From the NCBI GenBank assembly GCA_048498815.1, contig JBEHXG010000002.1, forward strand, positions 134,350-198,349: a DNA stretch of 64,000 bases, written 5' to 3'. Every line of letters starts with the position of its first letter. Positions within the stretch are counted from its first letter, which is position 1. The notes beneath the pieces were generated by a model that saw only the letters and a program-made list of their open reading frames with translations, searched no databases and was not told the origin of the DNA. The position numbers were made by a program, and so were the translations under genes. Of this stretch, positions 45,722 to 53,555 are shown piece by piece. Source of the DNA: Acidobacteriota bacterium (GTDB lineage Bacteria > Acidobacteriota > Terriglobia > Bryobacterales > Bryobacteraceae).

Positions 45722-46471
45722 TCAGTTGTCTGCCGGGATCTTCTCGGCTTGATCCACCACGATCACGTCGAGCGCACCTCTTTGAGCTTCGAGTTTCAAC
45801 CCGAGCTGTTCCTGCACCGCCGCGACCAGCGATGGCGCGGTCGAATCCACAGGTTGCGCGTCTCCGGCGCTGCCTGGCGCCCATTGCAGGTTCATCCGGT
45901 ATTCGCCGCTGAGCCCGTCTGATCGATGACAATCTGGTGTTCGAGTCGCGAAAGAAGGATTGCGAGCAATGTCATCGAGACGCGATTTCCGGTTACGCGG
46001 CCCTGACCTCCGCTGTTATTGCGATGCTGAGACAAATCGCCGGGTTCCATCTTCGTGCCACCCTTGCCTCGCCTCAGGGTGAGGTAGCTCATGACCCGCT
46101 CCTGGTGATGAATTTGAATCCGGAACCGTTCGCTGAGCAGAGTGCGGGTCATGCCCATGACGAGTTCGCGCGTTACCCCCAAAAGGCACAAGAGCCTGAA
46201 TATCGTAGAGATTTTCTTTCGAGTCAATCCACGCCGGCCCGGCGAGTTGATCGTTAGAAACCAGGCCGTAGGCGAACTTGAGGCAATCGGCGAGGGTGAC
46301 GTTAGTCAGGTAGAAACGCGAGCCTCGGATCAGTCCGAGCGTGATCGGGTAGTCGCCTGACGGCGGCTCGACCCGTTTTGCCGTGGCAGCTTCGAATCTT
46401 TGATCGTCTCCGGCGCCCGCGGCGCATGCGAACGCAATCGCAGGAATCAGTGCCCGGGTAGCCTGCTGCAT
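45722..46471 (-). pseudogene. TIGR03435-family (Acidobacteria-associated) protein gene disrupted by two frameshifts
   Basis: Three consecutive reading frames carry the family blocks in order. They are FEAATAKRV...LTNVTLADCLKFAYGL...LAGPAWID...YDIQA (46471 down), then TRELVMGMTRTLLSERFRIQIHHQERVMSYLTL...VSMTLLAILLSR.L..QIVIDQTG, then LSGEYRMNLQW...LVAAVQEQLGLKLEAQRGALDVIVVDQAEKIPADN*. The frame changes are at the C5A4 run 46176-46184 and at about 45913. Confidence 0.75.
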
Positions 46472-46472
46472 G

Positions 46473-47378
46473 TTAATGAGTCAGATCGTAAACAAAATAA
46501 TTCATCGCGATGCGATAGGCGAGCGATGCCCACTTCTCCGGATATCGCGGCTCATCTGATACTTCCCAGGCATCGCCCAGATCCATGTTATGGCAGATAG
46601 CGACCATCACCCGGCCCTTGTCGTCATAGATGGCGCGCCAGTGCGGCGCCTTGCCCGCTGAATAATCCGGCTCCCCGCCGATCGTGCGGTCCATACCCGA
46701 CTCATACTCTCTTCCGCTCTCGAAATACTGCGCTCCCGGAATCTGAAAGCGTTGTCCGATATCGTAAATCGTGTGAAGGATCGGATCGCGATCCGGAATA
46801 TCGACAATCTCTCGTCCCGGCAGCGCGCGGTTCATGCTGTAGACGAACTGGCGCCATTCTGTATCGCCGTGAAAATCGTCCACCATGAGGAAACCGCCGC
46901 GATTAAGGTATTCTCCGAGTTGTTTCGCCTGCTCGTCGGGCAGGAGCCAGTGGCCGACTTCCACGGCGTACAGGATCGGCCAGTTGTACGCGTCGTCGGT
47001 GCCATCCAGATCGACCACTTGCTCCGTCAGGCGGCCGTTGATACGCGTGAGGCGTTGAACACCGGCCAGCAGGTGGCGGTCCGAGCGGGGATAGTCCATT
47101 GTCCAGTAACCCGGAAATTCCGTGCCATCACGCATAATCAGTTGCTGAAACGGATAGCCGTAAATATCGGGATACCGCAGCCGCGCACGCACCCAGTCGG
47201 TTTTCGTGTTGAAATCCGCCGGCAACGGAAAGTTGCCGTACTCAATCGCCGGGTATTCGCGGAATGGCCGCTGCGCCAGAAGCGCAAGTGCCAGACTCAG
47301 TGCGAGAAAAGCGGCCGGCAGTGCAGTACGGCGCCGCATAGGTTCGGAAGAAAGCGACTTCAGAATAGCAGACGCCAC
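46473..47378 (-). CDS. DUF4159-like secreted protein
   Basis: A signal peptide is followed by WVRARLRYPDIYG...WTMDYPRSDRHLLAGVQRLTRI...NWPILYAVEVGHWLLPDEQAKQLGEYLNRGGFLMVDDFHGDTEW..F...M...PGREIVDIP..DPILHTIYDI. This matches the DUF4159 block order as I remember it. Confidence 0.6.
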   Translation of the reverse strand: MASAILKSLSSEPMRRRTALPAAFLALSLALALLAQRPFREYPAIEYGNFPLPADFNTKTDWVRARLRYPDIYGYPFQQLIMRDGTEFPGYWTMDYPRSDRHLLAGVQRLTRINGRLTEQVVDLDGTDDAYNWPILYAVEVGHWLLPDEQAKQLGEYLNRGGFLMVDDFHGDTEWRQFVYSMNRALPGREIVDIPDRDPILHTIYDIGQRFQIPGAQYFESGREYESGMDRTIGGEPDYSAGKAPHWRAIYDDKGRVMVAICHNMDLGDAWEVSDEPRYPEKWASLAYRIAMNYFVYDLTH

Positions 47379-47394
47379 GGATGATCTCCCTGGG

Positions 47395-47450
47395 TGCCCC
47401 GGAATGGATACCCCGGAATGGGTGCCCCGGAATCGATGCCCGGTATTCGC
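47395..47450. repeat. 14-bp tandem repeat, 3 good units plus 1 degenerate (TGCCCCGGAATGGA / TACCCCGGAATGGG / TGCCCCGGAATCGA / TGCCCGGTATTCGC)
   Basis: It reads directly from the sequence. It begins 17 nt upstream of the DUF4159 gene start codon (47378, minus strand). Confidence 0.85.
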
Positions 47451-47664
47451 TCAGGACTGCGAGGCGCCGGGCAGGGTGTCACAACCGACACGGCGGGACG
47501 CAAACGTTGCCGCGGTACGAATCCAGATAGAGGCGACTGATCGGCATGTCATAGCCAACCTGGCGAGTGACGGAACGGGCCGGTTTGTCGGCCAGCATCT
47601 GCCGCCCGAAGCGCATGCACCTCTTCGATGCCGCAGTAATAACCAGGGTGACGCCGGCCGAACG

Positions 47665-48930
47665 CTATCGACCGGAAGCGAACCGGCCGCGGCGTGGTTT
47701 GAACGAAAATGCCGTCCTGCCGGTATACTTCTTCGGCGCGCCATTCGCGGTTTTCGGCGTAGGCATGACAATTACCGGAGCCGCGGTGCGCTCTTCGCGC
47801 GCAATACCTTCCGGCATCTCGCGGCGTGTGAGCGTCATCTTCAGGGTGCGCTCGATGGCACGAATGCTGTTGCGTTCCGCCCCGGTAGCGAAGGTGGAGG
47901 CAACGCCGGTCGCGCCGGCCCGTCCGGTGCGGCCAACGCGATGGATGAAATCTTCCGGCGCCTGGGGCAGGTCGTAATTCACCACGTGAGCGACGTTATC
48001 CACGTGAATGCCACGAGCTGCCACATCGGTGGCAACCAGTACGCGATACTGGCCTTCCTGAAAGCCTTTCAGCGCCGCGTTGCGCTGGTTCTGCGAACGA
48101 TCGCCGTGAATCGCGGTGGATTTGAAACCACTTACGACGAGCTTCTTCGCCAGCTTCTCCGCGCCGTGTTTCGTGCGCGCGAAGACGAGCGTGGAACCCT
48201 GATGAGTCTTCAGCAGGTTACTCAGCAGACTTAGCTTGCGATCGTGCTCCACGTGATAAACGTGCAGGTCGATGTTTTCGGCCGGCTTCGTCGTAGAGCC
48301 GATCGAAATGCGCGTGGGGTTCTTCATATGCTTCGCGATCAGAGCCGCGGTTGCGCCGCTTTCGAAGGTCGCGGAGAAGAACAGCGTCTGCCGTTCGGTG
48401 GCAGTCAGCCGCAGAATCCGTTCCACATCGGGCAGAAAGCCCATGTCGAGCATGCGGTCGGCTTCATCCAGAACCGCCAGTGAGACGGCGTCCAGTGACA
48501 CGAGGTTGCGCTTGAGGAAGTCGCAGAGACGGCCGGGGGTTGCGATGATGACCTGAACACCGCGGCGCAGCGCCTGAAGCTGCTTCTGTTCGCTCATGCC
48601 GCCCACAACAACGGCGGCGCGCAAGCCGGTATTGACGGCCATGGCGCTGAATGCTTCATAAATCTGGATCGCGAGTTCGCGCGTGGGCGTGAGGACGAGT
48701 GCGCGCGCCTTATTCGCAGGCTGCTTTTGAGCACGCCCCAGAATCTCAATGATGGGAAGGGAGAACGCCAGCGTTTTTCCGGTGCCGGTTTGAGCGGTAG
48801 CCACAACATCGTGGCCGAGCAGGGCGGGAGGAATGGCCTGCGCCTGAATCGGCGTAGGCTCAACGAATTTCGCCGACGCTAAGTTTTTGCGCAGGACGGG
48901 TGAAGCAATTAAATCTGAAAAAGTTGTCAT
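47665..48930 (-). CDS. DEAD-box ATP-dependent RNA helicase (RhlE-like) with a basic C-terminal tail
   Basis: Q-motif FVEPTPIQ, motif I AQTGTGKT, Ia PTRELA, II DEAD, III SAT, VI HRVGRTGRAG. The Arg/Lys-rich C-terminus is present. Confidence 0.9.
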   Translation of the reverse strand: MTTFSDLIASPVLRKNLASAKFVEPTPIQAQAIPPALLGHDVVATAQTGTGKTLAFSLPIIEILGRAQKQPANKARALVLTPTRELAIQIYEAFSAMAVNTGLRAAVVVGGMSEQKQLQALRRGVQVIIATPGRLCDFLKRNLVSLDAVSLAVLDEADRMLDMGFLPDVERILRLTATERQTLFFSATFESGATAALIAKHMKNPTRISIGSTTKPAENIDLHVYHVEHDRKLSLLSNLLKTHQGSTLVFARTKHGAEKLAKKLVVSGFKSTAIHGDRSQNQRNAALKGFQEGQYRVLVATDVAARGIHVDNVAHVVNYDLPQAPEDFIHRVGRTGRAGATGVASTFATGAERNSIRAIERTLKMTLTRREMPEGIAREERTAAPVIVMPTPKTANGAPKKYTGRTAFSFKPRRGRFASGR

Positions 48931-49054
48931 CTATGGTTTGTTACAAGTGTTTGGTACGGAAAGAATCGGCGGGACGCACTGGCAGGAGACTGCAGAAACG
49001 GACAACGCGAATCGACTTCAATACATTTTTAGTTTAGCATGAGTCAGGCTTCCC

Positions 49055-49933
49055 TCAAACCACCTGCGGCCGCCATCCCCGGCAGGCTTTGACGAGTCCG
49101 GCGAACTCCCCCCGCCTGGAATCCATACGGTCGGCATCCACCGCGCTCATCATTTCTTCATATACGATTTCCGCTAAAGCAAGAATATGGTGGTCGGCAT
49201 CTGCCCGAACAGCCGGCGAGTCCTGGGCGCGGTGACGCATCGAGCGGTCGAGGAACGTCCGCAGACCCGGTTCGGTCTGATCCAGCGGTCTTGGCCAGAT
49301 TACTCCCAGTTGATCGCCAATTCGCTCCAGCGTGTGTTTGGGGCCGCCCAGTAATTCGTGATAGGAAACGACCGTCCGGCGCGCCCCCCGAGTGTGTCGT
49401 TCCGCATCGAGTGTATGCGCCAGCCACCACATCAGCGCCTGATTGGTAGAGCAGCCGTAGCCGTAGAGCGATTGAGTGACTTCCATGGGATGGCGCATCG
49501 GAATCAGGAAGCGAACCGCGGCGCCGATGGCCGTGAAGGCCTGCGCCCAGATTGGCCATACCCGGCACATACGCGGATCCTTGATGGCAAACAGCGGAGC
49601 CGAGAACTCGGAGCGAACAATTTCGCGCGCCTGACTCGCGAAGGCCCTCGCCGCGGCCCAGTCCACCTCGTCGAGCGGAGAGAAATCCCCGTTGTAGGAT
49701 CCGAGCGACTTCAGAATTGCAGAATTCAGCTTTACGACTGCGGAGTTCTCGAAATGACCCTTTGTATTGAAAGCGTTGGCGCCGATCAGAGTCCGCCCCA
49801 GGTCCACTCCGGCAACCTGCAGAGCGCCCGAAATGGCGGAGGTGCCGCTGCGGCCCATGCCGATGATCACAATACAACAGGAGGATGGATCTGTTTTCAC
49901 GCGAAATCTTTCGGTTTTCAGGTTAACGCACAC
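49055..49933 (-). CDS. Sulfotransferase-family-like protein
   Basis: IVIIGMGRSGTSAISGAL resembles the 5'-PSB loop (GxxRSGT[ST]) of sulfotransferases. There are downstream RVW/R..SY segments. The size is right, but the assignment rests mainly on the P-loop-like motif. Confidence 0.45.
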   Translation of the reverse strand: MCVNLKTERFRVKTDPSSCCIVIIGMGRSGTSAISGALQVAGVDLGRTLIGANAFNTKGHFENSAVVKLNSAILKSLGSYNGDFSPLDEVDWAAARAFASQAREIVRSEFSAPLFAIKDPRMCRVWPIWAQAFTAIGAAVRFLIPMRHPMEVTQSLYGYGCSTNQALMWWLAHTLDAERHTRGARRTVVSYHELLGGPKHTLERIGDQLGVIWPRPLDQTEPGLRTFLDRSMRHRAQDSPAVRADADHHILALAEIVYEEMMSAVDADRMDSRRGEFAGLVKACRGWRPQVV

Positions 49934-50009
49934 GAATCGGGGGGAAGTTGTCGGTCTGCGGCGCCGCGTGAGCTACACTGTACGAAAGTCGCTTGAGGAA
50001 AGGTTCCCT

Positions 50010-50747
50010 GTGGATTTCGTAGCTCGCGCAAAAACTCTTCTGGTTGGTAAGGCCCGGGTTGGGGCTCTGGTCGTTTTGCCGCTGGCGGCGGCAGTCCACC
50101 AGGCGCAGGCCAGCATTCTTTCATTGCCGACAGGCACTGTCACATGTCAGTACGATATCAATGGGTCCGGCGGTGGAACGTGCTCCGCCTCCGCCCAGCA
50201 GCTTTCTCCTTACAACGGGGTAGCGGGCGTTTCATTCCAGCTCAATACACCCGGTAATTCGCTGGACCTGGGTGTCGGGCCGGCGACGCTGACTCTTACC
50301 GCCAGTGGCATACTCACGGGACCCGGTGGTGGAGTCCTGAATGCGGGCACTGTTTTCAACGAAGGCTACTCGCTCTCGATAACGAACGTCACCAGTGACA
50401 ATTACCTCGCTTTCTCGCTCTACGATGTAACCACTTCCACCAGCCTTTTTTCCGCGCAGGCCGCCAATGGCAGTTTTTCCGGGAGCGGACTTTTCAGCGG
50501 CTCGTTCACCGATACTCTCCTCGCGTCGGCAACTGTGGGCGACACATTACAACTTTCGCTATCCCTGTACGTAAGTGGTGGCGACATGGTCGCAACCCTC
50601 CCAGGCGATGCCCTCTCCATGGGCGGGCCGCCCGTCAGCGCCGGCGCCGCGCCTGAGCCATCCACCATGGGGCTCGGAGCCTTCGGCCTCGCCGCCGCTG
50701 CTTTTTGGCGCCGGATGCGCGAAGGATGGAAGTCCGGGCCACAATAG
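50010..50747 (+). CDS. PEP-CTERM-anchored Ser/Thr/Gly-rich secreted protein
   Basis: I take the start as the GTG at 50010, after GAGGAAAGG. The listed upstream extension is antisense to the sulfotransferase gene. The signal peptide is ALVVLPLAAAVHQAQA. The C-terminus APEPSTMGLGAFGLAAAAFWRRMR is PEP-CTERM. Confidence 0.7.
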   Translation: MDFVARAKTLLVGKARVGALVVLPLAAAVHQAQASILSLPTGTVTCQYDINGSGGGTCSASAQQLSPYNGVAGVSFQLNTPGNSLDLGVGPATLTLTASGILTGPGGGVLNAGTVFNEGYSLSITNVTSDNYLAFSLYDVTTSTSLFSAQAANGSFSGSGLFSGSFTDTLLASATVGDTLQLSLSLYVSGGDMVATLPGDALSMGGPPVSAGAAPEPSTMGLGAFGLAAAAFWRRMREGWKSGPQ

Positions 50748-50750
50748 TCT

Positions 50751-51959
50751 GTGGGCCCAAAGATCCTGCTTCTCCTCCCCCAGTTGCCCCAGGATCCCGC
50801 CAGCGGGGCCGCGCGCAGCACCCTGTCGGCAGTCCAGTTCGCCGGCGACTCCGGGTTTCAGGTTCGGGCATTAGCAACCACCGCCAGCGAAGGGGGGAAG
50901 TTCCTCGACCCGGTCGAATTTCTTCCTTCCATTGGCTGTACTCCCGACATTCGGCCGGCTTCCCGTGGCGGCTTCCGCCAGCTCCGCTTTGAGAACCGCG
51001 GCATTCACTACACCCTGCTGGACACTGGCCGCTTCGGATACCTGCATTGGGAAAAGACTCACGGCCGGCAGATGGATTTACTCCTGGCGGAGGAACTCCG
51101 GTCGTTCCAGCCCGACGTGGTTTTTATGTTCGGTGGTCAGCCCGGTGACATTCGGCGGATGCGCATGGCCCGCCGGCACGGGGCCCGCATTGCCTTCGCT
51201 CTCCACAACTGGGGCTACTTTTCAGAGGATTTCTTCCGCGATATCGATATCGTCCTCGCTCCCAGCCGGTTCCTGGCGGGCAGGTATCGCGAAAAAGCCG
51301 GAATCGACGCGATTCCGCTGCCGGGGCCGATTGACTGGGAAGACGTGGTCGCGACCGATCGCGAGCCGCTCTTCGTCACAATGGTCAATCCCGGCGTCGA
51401 GAAGGGACTCTTCTTTTTCGTGCGCCTGGCGGAGGAACTGGGGAAGCATCATCCCAAAATCGCGGTGCTGGTCATCGAATCGCGTGGCACTGCCGGTATG
51501 GTGCTTGCGGCGGGTCAGCGAGGTGGCTTCGATCTCCGCCGGCATGAGAGCGTCATGATTTCTCCCGCCGTTCCGAAGCCCAGAGACATTTATCAGTACG
51601 CCCGCGTCGTGCTGGCGCCTTCCGTCATCGAAGAGCCTGCCCCGCGCGTCGCGCCTGAGGCTCTGATCAACGGCGTGCCACCTTTAGTGAGTGACCGGGG
51701 CGGCCTGGCGGAAGTCGCCAACGGCGCCGGATTCGTTCTACCCTTGCCCGCCGATTTCCATCCGGCCTCCCAGGCGCCTGTGAACGCCGCCGCCGTGAAG
51801 CCGTGGATCGACGTTATCGAACGTCTCGCGTTCGACGAGCCTTTCTATCAGGCGGAGGTCGAGAGAGCCCGGCAGGCTGCCCAACTCTACCATCCGGAAA
51901 ATTTACGCCCGATGTATGCGGACTTCTTCCGGCAGGCTGCCTCCCTGCCGCGGCACTGA
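50751..51959 (+). CDS. Glycosyltransferase, GT4-like (GT-B fold)
   Basis: It begins 3 nt after the PEP-CTERM gene stop. The N-terminus KILLLLPQLPQDPASGAARS is typical. The C-terminal E-x7-E-type block reads PSVIEEPAPRVAPEALINGVPPLVSDRGGLAEV. Confidence 0.7.
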   Translation: MGPKILLLLPQLPQDPASGAARSTLSAVQFAGDSGFQVRALATTASEGGKFLDPVEFLPSIGCTPDIRPASRGGFRQLRFENRGIHYTLLDTGRFGYLHWEKTHGRQMDLLLAEELRSFQPDVVFMFGGQPGDIRRMRMARRHGARIAFALHNWGYFSEDFFRDIDIVLAPSRFLAGRYREKAGIDAIPLPGPIDWEDVVATDREPLFVTMVNPGVEKGLFFFVRLAEELGKHHPKIAVLVIESRGTAGMVLAAGQRGGFDLRRHESVMISPAVPKPRDIYQYARVVLAPSVIEEPAPRVAPEALINGVPPLVSDRGGLAEVANGAGFVLPLPADFHPASQAPVNAAAVKPWIDVIERLAFDEPFYQAEVERARQAAQLYHPENLRPMYADFFRQAASLPRH

Positions 51960-51964
51960 ATCCC

Positions 51965-52798
51965 ATGGCCCTTCACCTGGTTACCACCGTGGGCGGAGAC
52001 GGCTGGCATTCGCTGGAGCCGATGCTGCGCCACTACCGCGATCTCGGTGTGGATGCTTTTCATGTGACCCTTCTCCTTCCACATGAGGGCGACTCCGCTC
52101 GCGAGCCCGTCAACGAAATCGTGCGCGACTTCGGGTGCCCTCTATTCGATACCGTCATCGGGGATGGCGAACTCTGGCAGGAAACCTACACCAGACCCCG
52201 GCGAAATTACCCGCGCGACTGGTTCATACTGGCGTCCCCGGCCGAACTGCATCATTACAGCCAACCGCCCGCCGACGTCGCGCGCGAATGCGAGCGTAAC
52301 GAGTGGGAGTGCGTCTACGGCGGTTGCGTCGACCGGATCGCGGCGGACGGCGCAATACCGGAAGTCGCCACCGGTTCCGCCCTTGAGGAACAGTTCCCTC
52401 TGGGCGCACGAATCGGCAGAACCGCGGGTCAGATCCACCCGCAGAAAGTTGTCCTGGTTCGCGGGGCGATTTGGGTGGCCGGCGGCCGGATCATCGCTCC
52501 CTACGCCGTCCCGTGCCCGCTTGATATCGCTTCGGCGCCGATCTATCAATACCGCTGGCACGCCGCCGCTGTTCGAAGCCTGCGCCAGCGATGGGACTTC
52601 CTTCGCGAGCCCGGCGATCTGAGCTGGCGTGAGTGTGAACGCCTGCTGGAGTACGTGGACGCCGGCGGAGGATTTGATATCGCCGACCCCGCGCTGTGCG
52701 TCGCGCCCTGCTCGCCGGAATATCCGCACTGGAGCGACGTGCTTGGGGAGATGAAAGAGCGCCTCGGCCCGGCAATCGGAGGAGTTGGTACGTCTTAA
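51965..52798 (+). CDS. Hypothetical protein, distantly GT2 (Glyco_tranf_2_4)-like, with the DxD position not conserved
   Basis: ATG at 51965 lies 5 nt after the GT4 stop. LRHYRDLGVDAFHV resembles the eHY..LGVd.f block of Glyco_tranf_2_4 proteins. WFILASPAELHHY sits where W.l..D.DEF is expected. H-PQKVVLVRG resembles the later H.K.pL.r block. Confidence 0.4.
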   Translation: MALHLVTTVGGDGWHSLEPMLRHYRDLGVDAFHVTLLLPHEGDSAREPVNEIVRDFGCPLFDTVIGDGELWQETYTRPRRNYPRDWFILASPAELHHYSQPPADVARECERNEWECVYGGCVDRIAADGAIPEVATGSALEEQFPLGARIGRTAGQIHPQKVVLVRGAIWVAGGRIIAPYAVPCPLDIASAPIYQYRWHAAAVRSLRQRWDFLREPGDLSWRECERLLEYVDAGGGFDIADPALCVAPCSPEYPHWSDVLGEMKERLGPAIGGVGTS

Positions 52799-53555
52799 CC
52801 GTCAGGTTAGACGCTCATCCGGGGTTTGCTCCGACTGCATCTCTGTGCTCCGCCATCATGAGCGCGAACATTTCAGGCATTCCGCCCTGTGATTATGACT
52901 TCACGAACATCCGAATCCGAAACACGGATTTGTCTCCTCGCCGGATCGCTCCGTGTTCATGCGATTACAATGACGCCGAAAAGCAGGCAGTCGCCCGGAG
53001 TGAAGTCGCAGATCCGGAACCCTCTGTCGTTTCCCGCCTTCGCGTTCCTGGCGAGCGGCAAGGCGTGACGACCGATGAATTCGGGGGCTTAACCTCCGAA
53101 TCAAGACGTCTGGACCCGAGTCGGCGAATACTTTGCCGTCTTTGCATAATACAGGCTCTCGCTCCGCAGGCATGGGGGATATCGATGTCGACCCGCGCTT
53201 CGCCCCTCTGTAGCGCCCCGGATGGCGAAGGAGCCAGCGTCCTGGTGCTCGGATCGACGATCGTATGGACGGATTGGAGACCGCATTACCGCTACCGCCG
53301 CTCCAGGTCATCAGCCAATACTGGCGCCGCGGCTCCGGATGGAAGGCATAGACATGCGTCCTGGCGTCGGTCGTGGTCTCAGCGGGACAAGCCGAATTCC
53401 GAACTTCGAAGCGTACGGTTACGCCCCGAAGGGGAACCCGGTTGTCTGATCCGTGAGCCGTACTTGAATGGTGGGGCGGGTCGAAGGGATCGCGTCAGCG
53501 CCGTCGCGGCAGATCGCCCGCAACGGAGCGAGAGTCCCCGAGGTCCGCGGCATGC

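Noticed and set aside
53387-53402. The minus-strand UCGGAAUUCGGCUUGU resembles the conserved ACAGAAcCCGGCUUA element near the 3' end of bacterial RNase P RNA.
   Set aside because: An RNase P RNA ending here would need ~350 nt of 5' sequence, which would overlap the well-supported C-terminus of the M2 peptidase gene. No GAGGAAAGUCCGGGC-like 5' element is present on that strand.
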